34,826 nt of DNA from positions 1-34,826 of the forward strand of contig CAIPJU010000898.1 in the NCBI GenBank assembly GCA_903865465.1, read 5' to 3'. This stretch comes from an uncultured Bacteroidota bacterium (lineage in GTDB: Bacteria; Bacteroidota; Bacteroidia; Bacteroidales; VadinHA17). The translations under genes and the position numbers were made by a program. This document shows positions 8,865-17,000 of the stretch, one piece after another. Under the pieces are notes generated by a model, which was given only the letters and a program-made list of their open reading frames with translations, had not been told where the DNA came from and ran no database searches. The stretch's first letter is position 1; every line of letters begins with the position of its first letter.

Positions 8865-8964
8865 GGAAGGGAAGTGGTTAGTGGTTAGTCGTTAAAAGGA
8901 AAACGAAGGTAAACAGCTGAATATTGCAATCCAACTAAAAATTTAGGTTTAACAAAAATTAACT

Positions 8965-8996
8965 AAAAAATCCGGTATCGCCTGAGTGATACCGGA
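8965..8996 (-). terminator. rho-independent terminator of the PspC-PadR-PspC operon
   Basis: Perfect 9-bp stem TCCGGTATC / GATACCGGA (8971-8979 / 8988-8996) with an 8-nt loop. On the minus strand it is followed by TTTTTT (8965-8970). It lies 31 bp downstream of the stop at 9027. Confidence 0.75.
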
Positions 8997-9026
8997 TCAA
9001 ACCTAAACCCAATTAAATATTGACAT

Positions 9027-10640
9027 CTATTTGTACTTCAATGTATTTCTTTGTACCTCAGTGAGGCCGTTATCGCTCATTTTCCAGTACCTGTTGCCCA
9101 GTTGCCAGCTTTCGTTGATATCGTGTGTTGACCAGGTACTGCTATCAGCTGCCATATATTCAATTTGTCTTCCTCTGCGAACCAGGTTGTTCGTGTTGCT
9201 ATCGAAATATAGAATGGTTCTAGCTGGTACATAGAGGTTCACCCTAATATTATCTGCACTCCAGCGTCTTCCGGATGGAATCGTGAAATACTCATCAAGT
9301 TTGAGAGTATCATTGCCGAGAGTATAGTTATATCCCAGCATTTCAGCCTTTGAAGCCGCTTCTGTCCTGTTTCGTCCTGATGAACGTTTTAATATTTCAA
9401 TCTTAGCCTGGTTATCTTCACTTTGAAATACGTCAAGCTCGGCAGAGATAGACATCTGATGATTGTTATCATCCATATATACCGAGTATTCTTCATCGGG
9501 AATTGAAAACACCTTCTCCGATTTAATGTCGGCACATCTTCGGCCTGCTACTATGTATAAGGTATCAGGGACATTCTTTATAATATTTTCAACGGTCGAT
9601 TTGCCTGATTGTGTGAAGCTTATACCTTCTCTTAAAAGTATCATTGCAAGAGCACTGACTGCAAGAACCCAGAGTACAAATCCGATGAGACTAACTACGC
9701 CGTCTTTTGCCCTGAACCAGAAGATCATTTTCACTCCCCAGTAAATTAGTGCCAGCATAGGAAGCATGATAACAAGAAGAGTCAGGAAGATAATCCATGG
9801 AGTGGCGGAAGGGGTGACTATGTAATTCAGAAATTCATGAACATAACCAAAATGGAGGCTAATCCCTTCATGCGTGAAGCCCCATGGCATTTTCATAACA
9901 AAGATCATTACGAAGGCGAGGATAGTAAGGAAGCCTGTAAGTACAAATGTTATTCCAACAAAAATCAGGAAAATACGCATGATTACAAAAGCAAGTTTTC
10001 CAACGGCTCTGAACATCTCATTGAATACATTTCCTAAGCGTGAACTGTTGTAGTATCCGGTATCGTAAGCCGATGATCCCTCAATTCCGGTACCTGCACT
10101 TTTGTACCCCGGTGCTCTGGAGGATTGGTATGAACTCCCATACAACTCCCTTTTCTGCGATTCGCTCTTTGCAGGCAGTATCGAGATCCAAAGGATAAGA
10201 TAGATCAGGATTCCAATGCCAAAAAAGGCAGCAATAACAAAAAGTATTCTGAATATGACGGGATCGGTGTTCAGATTTGCTCCTAAACCTCCGCATACTC
10301 CGCTTAAAATAATATCATCGGTGCTGCGGTATAATCTTCTCTTTAAAGGAGGAGGAACAAAGCCGGGAGCATTTTCATCAATACTCTCAAAATCTTCCGG
10401 TTTGCCAATTATTGCAATCATTGCTTCAACATTGGCTTTCGAGATAACCTCTGCCTCGCCTTTTTGCTGATTCAGTATTTCGGCGACCCTCGATTCTATA
10501 TCCTCAATGGTTTCCAGTCCTCCCGGTGAGTTTCTCAGCCTGTTGCTTATTGCCTGTAGCCAGTTGCGCAGAAGCGGGAAAGCCTCTTCATCAATCTTAA
10601 AGAGTAAGCCGGCCAGGTTAATGTTTATTGTCTTGTCCAT
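9027..10640 (-). CDS. PspC domain-containing multi-pass membrane protein (long paralog, with C-terminal extracytoplasmic domain)
   Basis: ATG at 10640 (MDKTININLAGLLFKIDEEAF). PspC motif LYRSTDDIILSGVCGGLGANLNTDPVIFRILFVIAAFFGIGILIYLILWISILP. Several further TM helices and a soluble tail of about 190 aa follow. The first ~160 aa align with the short paralog at 11039-11629. Confidence 0.85.
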   Translation of the reverse strand: MDKTININLAGLLFKIDEEAFPLLRNWLQAISNRLRNSPGGLETIEDIESRVAEILNQQKGEAEVISKANVEAMIAIIGKPEDFESIDENAPGFVPPPLKRRLYRSTDDIILSGVCGGLGANLNTDPVIFRILFVIAAFFGIGILIYLILWISILPAKSESQKRELYGSSYQSSRAPGYKSAGTGIEGSSAYDTGYYNSSRLGNVFNEMFRAVGKLAFVIMRIFLIFVGITFVLTGFLTILAFVMIFVMKMPWGFTHEGISLHFGYVHEFLNYIVTPSATPWIIFLTLLVIMLPMLALIYWGVKMIFWFRAKDGVVSLIGFVLWVLAVSALAMILLREGISFTQSGKSTVENIIKNVPDTLYIVAGRRCADIKSEKVFSIPDEEYSVYMDDNNHQMSISAELDVFQSEDNQAKIEILKRSSGRNRTEAASKAEMLGYNYTLGNDTLKLDEYFTIPSGRRWSADNIRVNLYVPARTILYFDSNTNNLVRRGRQIEYMAADSSTWSTHDINESWQLGNRYWKMSDNGLTEVQRNTLKYK

Positions 10641-10669
10641 TTTATTGGTTTTTAACGGTTTATAATTAT

Positions 10670-10996
10670 TTACCTGGTTCTGATCTGACTTACCGATTCG
10701 ACCAGTTCCTGCCACGACATGTCAAGCTCAACTAAGAAATTGCGGCCTTCGGATGTAAGCTCATAATATTTGCGGGGCGGTCCCTGCTGCGATTCTTCCC
10801 AGCGATAACTCAGAAGCCCGGCGTTTTTTTGCCTCGTGAGTATGGGATAGAGAGTCCCCTCAACAACAATTACCTTAACTTCTTTTAATTCCTTGATGAT
10901 ATCGCTTGCATAGCAGGAATTCCTCGAAATTACCGACAGGATGCAGTATTCCAGAATCCCCTTGCGCATCTGTGCTTTTGTATTTTCTAAATCCAT
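10670..10996 (-). CDS. PadR family transcriptional regulator
   Basis: 108 aa with the typical PadR winged-helix signature: MRKGILEYCILSVIS...YASDIIKELK...VEGTLYPILTRQKNAGLLSYRWEESQQGPPRKYYELTSEGRNFL. Confidence 0.9.
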   Translation of the reverse strand: MDLENTKAQMRKGILEYCILSVISRNSCYASDIIKELKEVKVIVVEGTLYPILTRQKNAGLLSYRWEESQQGPPRKYYELTSEGRNFLVELDMSWQELVESVSQIRTR

Positions 10997-11038
10997 GATT
11001 ACAGTTTTTTATTTATTCTATATTGCAATTCTCATTTC

Positions 11039-11629
11039 TTAAAGTTTCATATTCCTGCGAACGGTTTTAAATTCCTTTTTAACCGATTCCTTAATGTTGT
11101 GGATATTTACAGGATCGCCTTTCATCTCAATCTTCTGGGTGGTTGTTCGGGCAACCGGCACAACAATATAAAGGATGAGATAAATGAGACCCCCGATACC
11201 TGCGGTTGCCGTAAGCACCACGAAAAGGATTCTTATAATTACCGGATCGATATCCCAGTAGGCTCCCATGCCGGAACAGACACCTCCTATTATCCTGTTG
11301 TCGGGATCGCGGTACATCCTGTGGTACCCTGGTGATGAAAACTTCTCCCTCGCCGATGGTCCTTCAGTATCAAGGATATCTTCTGGAGTCCCCATTACTG
11401 AAATTGCCTGGCGAACGTCTTCAAAGGTGATCACCTGCTTATAGGCGGTAAGTTTTCCACGAAAAATCTCCGCCAGCCGCGATTCGATATCTGAGAGGAT
11501 TTCAGAAGAACTCTCCTCCTGTGCAAAGTGAAGTTCGAGATTCTTCAGGTAGATCTTCAACTCGGAGTAGGCATCCTCATCTATATTAAAGGAATAGCCC
11601 CCGATATTAATGCTTACTGTGATTTTCAT
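11039..11629 (-). CDS. PspC domain-containing membrane protein (short paralog)
   Basis: ATG at 11629. PspC motif MYRDPDNRIIGGVCSGMGAYWDIDPVIIRILFVVLTATAGIGGLIYLILYIVVP. The N-terminal helical module (SFNIDEDAYSELKIYLKNL...DIESRLAEIF...GTPEDIL) is paralogous to that of the long PspC protein. Confidence 0.85.
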   Translation of the reverse strand: MKITVSINIGGYSFNIDEDAYSELKIYLKNLELHFAQEESSSEILSDIESRLAEIFRGKLTAYKQVITFEDVRQAISVMGTPEDILDTEGPSAREKFSSPGYHRMYRDPDNRIIGGVCSGMGAYWDIDPVIIRILFVVLTATAGIGGLIYLILYIVVPVARTTTQKIEMKGDPVNIHNIKESVKKEFKTVRRNMKL

Positions 11630-11677
11630 AGTTCTGTCTGATATTTACTACTAAATAATACATACAACATAACAATG

Positions 11678-11685
11678 CAAAGATA
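11678..11685 (-). promoter_or_regulatory. candidate -7 promoter box (TATCTTTG = TAnnTTTG) for the PspC-PadR-PspC operon
   Basis: Exact TAnnTTTG on the minus strand, 49 bp upstream of ATG 11629. Confidence 0.35.
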
Positions 11686-11698
11686 TGTAAAAATAAAT

Positions 11699-11719
11699 GT
11701 ACTATGCAATACATAGTAC
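11699..11719. promoter_or_regulatory. perfect 8-5-8 palindrome GTACTATG-caata-CATAGTAC, candidate operator (PadR?)
   Basis: Read directly from the sequence. It lies 13 nt upstream of the candidate -7 box, over the expected -33 region of the operon that encodes PadR. It contains ATGT-N10-ACAT (11697-11714), close to but not identical with the ATGT-N8-ACAT half-site arrangement known for PadR regulators. Confidence 0.4.
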
Positions 11720-11732
11720 TAAAATAATTCAC

Positions 11733-11760
11733 TTTTACATGAAAATATTTTACATGAAAA
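11733..11760. repeat. 13-bp direct repeat TTTTACATGAAAA x2 (period 15 nt)
   Basis: The copies at 11733-11745 and 11748-11760 are identical. The 8-nt core TTTTACAT recurs inverted at 11685-11692, abutting the candidate -7 box. The repeats lie between the LytTR regulator gene and the PspC operon. Confidence 0.5.
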
Positions 11761-11834
11761 ATGGTTTTTACAAATTAAAGGAAGAAGAATAGTGGGAAAT
11801 AATTGATTATCAGAATATATAAGATTCTATTCAT

Positions 11835-11873
11835 AACCGCGGAGTTCGCGGAGATGATGCAAAATAGGCAGAG
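11835..11873 (+). repeat. copy of the (A/G)GAG-phased intergenic repeat (aaccgcggag / ttcgcggag ... taggcagag)
   Basis: Same unit architecture as 5675-5713. It includes a 5-bp GC hairpin CCGCG-gagtt-CGCGG (11837-11851), about 90 nt downstream of the LytTR gene stop. Confidence 0.4.
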
Positions 11874-11939
11874 GATTTATTGTAAGGAAGGATTTCCCTG
11901 CTGTATTTATAGGAGAAGTTTTAAGGAAATATTGCATTG

Positions 11940-12698
11940 TTACTTGTCGAGCCATCCCCTGAATTCGGAACTCCTGGATGAACTTACCAGCAATTCATCG
12001 GCAGCGGGGGGATTGGTTTTGATTTTGATCCGGCTTTTTGATTGAATATCGATTTTGCTTATGCTTCCGAAATTCAAAATATACTGCCTGTTGATCCGGA
12101 AAAAAATCTCATGATTGAGCATCTCTTCAATATGATCGAGCGAAAATTCGAGCGGATAGTGACGCTTGTCGAAAGTACACAGGAAAGTATTCTTCTCACT
12201 CGAATAGAAAAAGGCAACATCGGTGGTATCAACAATCTTAATCTGGTTTGCTATGTTTACCACGAATCGTTTCTTGAATTTATCTCTTCTGCTTTCGATA
12301 GTTTCAATTAGTTTTTCGATACTCTCATTCTGATCGGAGGGGAGAAACTTCCTGTATTTCTGAAGGCTGCCTGCAAGCCTGGCCTCATCAACCGGCTTAA
12401 GCAGGTAGTCTATCGAGTTCAGTTCGAATGCTTTTATCGCGTACTCATCATAGGCAGTGGTAAAGATCACGTATGATTCTACTTTTATTCTGCGAAATAT
12501 TTCAAAACTAATCCCGTCTCCAAGCTGAATGTCGAGCATAATCAAGTCGGGATTGGGATTTGACCGGAACCATCTGACAGCCGATTCCACGGTGTCAAGA
12601 ATAGCAACAATCTCAATGTCACTATCGGCTTTTTTAAGCATCTGTCCGAGCCTCAGGGCTGCAGGTTCTTCGTCCTCAATAATTAAGGTGCGTATCAT
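11940..12698 (-). CDS. LytR/AlgR (LytTR) family response regulator
   Basis: Receiver domain MIRTLIIEDEEPAALRL...DLIMLDIQLGDGISFEIF...VIFTTAYDEYAIKAFELNSIDYLLKP. The C-terminal LytTR-type DNA-binding region includes FFRINRQYILN. The start overlaps the kinase stop (ATGA). Confidence 0.9.
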   Translation of the reverse strand: MIRTLIIEDEEPAALRLGQMLKKADSDIEIVAILDTVESAVRWFRSNPNPDLIMLDIQLGDGISFEIFRRIKVESYVIFTTAYDEYAIKAFELNSIDYLLKPVDEARLAGSLQKYRKFLPSDQNESIEKLIETIESRRDKFKKRFVVNIANQIKIVDTTDVAFFYSSEKNTFLCTFDKRHYPLEFSLDHIEEMLNHEIFFRINRQYILNFGSISKIDIQSKSRIKIKTNPPAADELLVSSSRSSEFRGWLDK

Positions 12699-13705
12699 AA
12701 TTCAATTCGCAACAAGGGTAATGTAACTTTGAATTTATCGATGCTCTCTTCGATTTCAACCTTTCGTGAAGTGAAGAAACGATATCGTCCGATTATATTT
12801 TTCAAACCCTGGCCTGTTGATTCCGCTCCTGCTTTTTTCTGAAGGTTATTGCTGACAGTAATCGACTCTTTTCCGGCCATAATCTCCACTTTCAGGGGCT
12901 TCTCCTTTGACACGATATTATGTTTCAGGGCATTTTCGACCAGCATCTGTAGTACCAGCGGCGGAACCACAAAATGGTAGTAACTTTCAGGAACGGCGAC
13001 ATTTATTTCGAGGGAGCCCTGAAACCGCATATGCTGAAGATTTAAATAGCTGTTGGTTATGCTTATTTCATCGCGGAGCAAAACCAGCTCTTTCTGATTG
13101 CTTTTGAGCATATACCGGAGAATTTCCGACAGGTTCTGAATATAGCCGGTAACAGGCTGGTTATTCTCGGCCATGGTGGCCAGGCTGTTCAGGCTGTTGA
13201 ATAAGAAATGAGGATTGAGCTGCGCCCTGAGTGCCTCATACCTGGCTTCGATATTATCTCTTTCCAGCCTCACCGATTTTGAGAAATTATATTTCCATTG
13301 CTGGTAGAAGAATATTGATTCATGAATGGAGGTTATAAAAAAAGTGATCAGCAGTGTTGCGAAAATCTCCAGCACGGGATTTTCAAACTGGTGAACGTAT
13401 CCTAATTTCCTTTCGATGAGATAAAGTAAAATACTGAAGGCAAGTGTATAGCCCAGTATCAGTACAATTTCGAGGATGAGATGGATAAGAGGCCTCTGTT
13501 CCCACGGAAATTTCTTCCAGAGGTACATTACTATTGATAAGCACCCCAGCCATAAGCCCGTGGTTATTATAATACCATGCAATATAATCTGAAGGGAAGA
13601 TCCCATGCCATTAAGTCCGTAGCTCATGAGGAATACACTGCCTATGAGTATCCCGACCAGTGGTATGATAATGACCAGGTTCCTGTTGTTATAAAGGGAC
13701 TTCAT
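12695..13705 (-). CDS. LytS/YehU-type sensor histidine kinase
   Basis: An N-terminal block of about 5 TM helices is followed by the His_kinase motif LRAQLNPHFLFNSLNSLATM and an HATPase region (LVENALKHN ... GQGLKNI). Confidence 0.9.
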   Translation of the reverse strand: MKSLYNNRNLVIIIPLVGILIGSVFLMSYGLNGMGSSLQIILHGIIITTGLWLGCLSIVMYLWKKFPWEQRPLIHLILEIVLILGYTLAFSILLYLIERKLGYVHQFENPVLEIFATLLITFFITSIHESIFFYQQWKYNFSKSVRLERDNIEARYEALRAQLNPHFLFNSLNSLATMAENNQPVTGYIQNLSEILRYMLKSNQKELVLLRDEISITNSYLNLQHMRFQGSLEINVAVPESYYHFVVPPLVLQMLVENALKHNIVSKEKPLKVEIMAGKESITVSNNLQKKAGAESTGQGLKNIIGRYRFFTSRKVEIEESIDKFKVTLPLLRIEL

Positions 13706-13710
13706 CTCTC

Positions 13711-14283
13711 TTAGTTCATTGCCTGTTTTTCAACTTTTTCGAGCCATTTTTTCCTGACATCATCCTTTGAGTTTCTGACCGGACCAATATAAGTTACTTT
13801 TACAGGCTTTACACCGCAGAAACCAAGGGTAGATTTTTTCAGTTGGTTAACACTGGGACGTCCGAACGCAAGACGATAATACCAGCCGGGCTGATCGAGC
13901 GTTGTGAGTATATGAGCAGTTTTTGATTTCAGTAACTTATCCCACATTATCGAATTCTTCTTATATTGAAAGACAAAACCAGGTAGAAATAATCTGTCAA
14001 TAAAGCCTTTTGCGAGGGCAGGAAGTCCACCCCACCAGACGGGATGAATCCATACCAGGTGGTCAGCCCATTGTATCTTTTCCCAGGCTTCCAGAAGATC
14101 AGGTTCCAGATCAGTTCTTTTTTGAAATCCAAACTGGAGATTAGGGTTAAATTTCAGATCACGGATTATTATCTCTTTTACCTCGGCTCCCGATTTAATA
14201 GCGCCTTTTTTATAGGCTTCGGCTATACCAAAACTGAAACTCTCCTTATTTGGATGGCAATTGAGAATGACTATTTTTTTCAT
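13711..14283 (-). CDS. NAD(P)H dehydrogenase (quinone) / flavodoxin-like-fold FMN reductase
   Basis: MKKIVILNCHPNKESFSFGIAEAY ... ADHLVWIHPVWWGGLPALAKGFIDRLF is the typical Flavodoxin_2 (MdaB/KefF-like) signature. Its stop lies 5 nt before the kinase start. Confidence 0.85.
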   Translation of the reverse strand: MKKIVILNCHPNKESFSFGIAEAYKKGAIKSGAEVKEIIIRDLKFNPNLQFGFQKRTDLEPDLLEAWEKIQWADHLVWIHPVWWGGLPALAKGFIDRLFLPGFVFQYKKNSIMWDKLLKSKTAHILTTLDQPGWYYRLAFGRPSVNQLKKSTLGFCGVKPVKVTYIGPVRNSKDDVRKKWLEKVEKQAMN

Positions 14284-14393
14284 ACTTAAATTTATTTAAA
14301 TCAATTAATATTAAACTATTTATTCAGTTGAAATTTATCAGGTTAAATGTTTTTTATAGATTAATAGGATATTGGGATGTTCATAACATAGTA

Positions 14394-16769
14394 TCAGAAC
14401 TGTATTCGGTAAAGGAACATTGGTACAAAACCCTGCTGATAAATATTATATACTTCAGCTTTCTTTAAATCGAAGGCCTGCATAAAGATGCTGTGATAAC
14501 CTGTTAAATTCTGAAGGTCAATTCCCCATTCCTGGTTGAATTTTTTGCTGTTGATACGGAAGCCCAATCTCAGATCCGTCCTGAAGTAGTCATTATATTT
14601 TCCGGAATATGCCAGGTTCCAGTCGCGTTTTTCACTATGGTCTGCAAGCGATGCAGCTACATCAACCGGCACAAATCTTTTTCCTCCGGCAAGCACACTC
14701 TTGACATCAATGGTGAACATGCTCTGGCGACCTGTTTTAATCTCATAACCTCCGAGAAGATTGAAGACATAATTTCCATTAAAAGCTGTATTCCTCCAGA
14801 CTCCGTCCGATCCGGTATATTTTGAATCAAAAAGTGATGTTGTGAAGAGGAAATACCAGCCCTGGCTCATGAATTTCTCGACCGTCAGCTCCATACCATA
14901 GTTTCTTCCCTTCCCGGTATTAACAAGGCTGTCCTCACGCGGAATGCCAAACTGATCGCCTGAGTTGATTAATGAAAACTCAGGAAATGAGGCTTTCACA
15001 GGAACTTTATACAGATACTGGTAATAGCTTTCAACTTTAAAACGGAAATTATTGGTTATAAGATATTGATATCCAAGCACAAGGTGAGCACTTCGGGTAA
15101 ATCTGACCTGTTCATTGGTCCTCAGATAGCTGTTTGTCAACGGATTATAATCCTGATAGAAATACACTGACTTAGGTTGCAGCTGGCTGTGAAGGCCAAA
15201 GCCAAAGTTAACTGACCCTTTTTCGGAAGTTTGCAGGCGTGCTCCCAGCCTTGGCTCAACGGCTAACTCATTGTTCAGCCCGGAATACTGCAGATGCAAT
15301 CCTGCATAGGTGGTGAGACGGCTGCCAATCTTATGCTGCCACTGACCATAAGCCTGGTAGAGCATCATCGTACCCTTTATATCTGTAATTGTTGTGAACC
15401 TGTTATAATCCCTGTTCATCATACTATCGAGGTATGAAATATTGTATTTGTCCACTATCAGCCCCATACTGATGTTATCGGCAGGACTTAGTTTTATCCT
15501 TAACTGTGAGGAGATCGATAACTTATCTTCTGTCTCATTACTTCGCAGATATGGGAGAAAAGTTTCATTTCTGATTGAGTCGAGTAGGGCCAGCGAGTGT
15601 GAATGCTGCCACGAGATAGTAGTTTTAAGGCGGCTCTTTTCGTTGAAATAATATGTATGTGAGAGGCCAACAACTCCAAGCTGTGATCCAAAATCGGTAG
15701 CCATCCCGTGACTATTATATTGATTTGATGTAGTATCTGCCAGATTTCTGCCCAGACCGATGAAGCTGTTTCCAAATAGTCCGAAGAGTTTTATCCTTCC
15801 CCTTTTTTTACCGGGGATATCGACGAGGAAGGTAAGGTCCTTATACTGAGGAATTGCGGCGCCGGTACCAGCACTGAAACCCATCTTGCTAAGCACTTCA
15901 AGAGTTGAGTATCTGAAATTTGCCAGGTAGGTTGCCTTTTGTCCCTCACCAGCTTTAAAAAGTGGACCTTCGGCGCCGGCTTCAAATCCATTGAATCCAA
16001 TCTGGCCTGTAAATTCCTGTTTATTAGCATTCCCCGAGCGCAGATTAAGGTCAAAGGCACCTGCAACGGCATTTCCGAATTCGGCAGGGAAAGCGCCGGT
16101 AAGGAAATCAGAGTTGGTAAGAAGATTATTGTTTATCATGCTAACGGGTCCGCCAGTTGTTCCCTGTGCTCCGAAATGGTTGGGATTAGGGATCTCAATA
16201 CCTTCGAGTCTCCATAACAGGCCTGAAGGTGAATTTCCACGGATAATAATATCATTACGTGAATCATTCTGGGTCATTACCCCTGCATAGTTCGCCACCA
16301 TACGGGCGGGATCGCCAAGACTACCTGCAAAACGTTCTGTCTCTTCAACCGAAAAGGTTCGTGCACTTACCATCGCCAGCTCATTCTGGGCATCGGCTTT
16401 TTTCTCAGGGGCTTTTATAACAACTTCACCAATACTGTTTATCTTCTCCTCAAGCTTTATATCGAGCACAAGTTCCTTACCACTGACAACAAGAAGATTA
16501 TTATAGAACTTAGTTTCATATCCCACATAATTTATCTGAAGTGACTGACGGCCCAGGGGTACTTTTTTTAATTCAAACATTCCGTTAATGTCTGTTGCCA
16601 CACCAATTCTGGGTTCTGAATTCATCAGAATAACATAAGCTCCTATAACAGGATAACCCGATACGGCATCTGAAACGGTTCCACGGATAGTTTGTGTAAG
16701 GTTATCAGCTGCCTCCGCTGTCCTAAACCCCAGGATCAGGATTGCCACGATAAAAACTATTTTCTTCAT
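14394..16769 (-). CDS. TonB-dependent receptor with N-terminal carboxypeptidase-regulatory-like domain
   Basis: ATG at 16769 gives MKKIVFIVAILILGFRTAEA (signal peptide). CarboxypepD_reg-like segment: IRGTVSDAVSGYPVIGAYVILMN...TDINGMFELKKVPLG. Plug-like segment: DPARMVANYAGVMTQNDSRNDIIIRGNSPSGLLWRLEGIEIPNPNHF. A long barrel ends in the terminal aromatic ...FLYRIQF. Confidence 0.9.
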   Translation of the reverse strand: MKKIVFIVAILILGFRTAEAADNLTQTIRGTVSDAVSGYPVIGAYVILMNSEPRIGVATDINGMFELKKVPLGRQSLQINYVGYETKFYNNLLVVSGKELVLDIKLEEKINSIGEVVIKAPEKKADAQNELAMVSARTFSVEETERFAGSLGDPARMVANYAGVMTQNDSRNDIIIRGNSPSGLLWRLEGIEIPNPNHFGAQGTTGGPVSMINNNLLTNSDFLTGAFPAEFGNAVAGAFDLNLRSGNANKQEFTGQIGFNGFEAGAEGPLFKAGEGQKATYLANFRYSTLEVLSKMGFSAGTGAAIPQYKDLTFLVDIPGKKRGRIKLFGLFGNSFIGLGRNLADTTSNQYNSHGMATDFGSQLGVVGLSHTYYFNEKSRLKTTISWQHSHSLALLDSIRNETFLPYLRSNETEDKLSISSQLRIKLSPADNISMGLIVDKYNISYLDSMMNRDYNRFTTITDIKGTMMLYQAYGQWQHKIGSRLTTYAGLHLQYSGLNNELAVEPRLGARLQTSEKGSVNFGFGLHSQLQPKSVYFYQDYNPLTNSYLRTNEQVRFTRSAHLVLGYQYLITNNFRFKVESYYQYLYKVPVKASFPEFSLINSGDQFGIPREDSLVNTGKGRNYGMELTVEKFMSQGWYFLFTTSLFDSKYTGSDGVWRNTAFNGNYVFNLLGGYEIKTGRQSMFTIDVKSVLAGGKRFVPVDVAASLADHSEKRDWNLAYSGKYNDYFRTDLRLGFRINSKKFNQEWGIDLQNLTGYHSIFMQAFDLKKAEVYNIYQQGFVPMFLYRIQF

Positions 16770-16799
16770 CTGATTATTTTTTTGGTTAAGATTATGCCC

Positions 16800-16807
16800 C
16801 AAAACTA
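16800..16807 (-). promoter_or_regulatory. candidate -7 promoter box (TAGTTTTG) for the TonB-dependent receptor
   Basis: Exact TAnnTTTG on the minus strand, 31 nt upstream of ATG 16769. Confidence 0.3.
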
Positions 16808-17000
16808 TTATTGTTGCTGTCGGGAGAAAAATGAAATCTGACGGGCAGGGAATAGAGGTGGATGAACATGGATTTTAAGCTATAAACAGATGATCACTTT
16901 TCGGAAGCAAATTGCTGCTGCACTCTGACGATTAAAAATCTAAAACAAGGCCTCCTGTTTAGCTGTCAAAATATTTATATTTATCAAAATATTCAGAGTG

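Noticed and set aside
11733-11760. Assigning the TTTTACATGAAAA direct repeats as a bona fide LytTR binding site.
   Set aside because: Characterised LytTR sites are ~9-bp direct repeats spaced so that the period is about 21-22 nt. Here the period is 15 nt and the sequence is unrelated. I keep it only as an unassigned repeat.
16770-16997. Possible riboswitch (cobalamin/TPP) in the 228-nt leader of the TonB-dependent receptor.
   Set aside because: I found no B12 box (GCCACTG-like), no TPP CUGAGA / ACCUGAUCUGGAUAAUGCCAGCG-like core, and no convincing multi-stem structure. Only a TAnnTTTG promoter box is present. An Infernal/Rfam scan would settle it.
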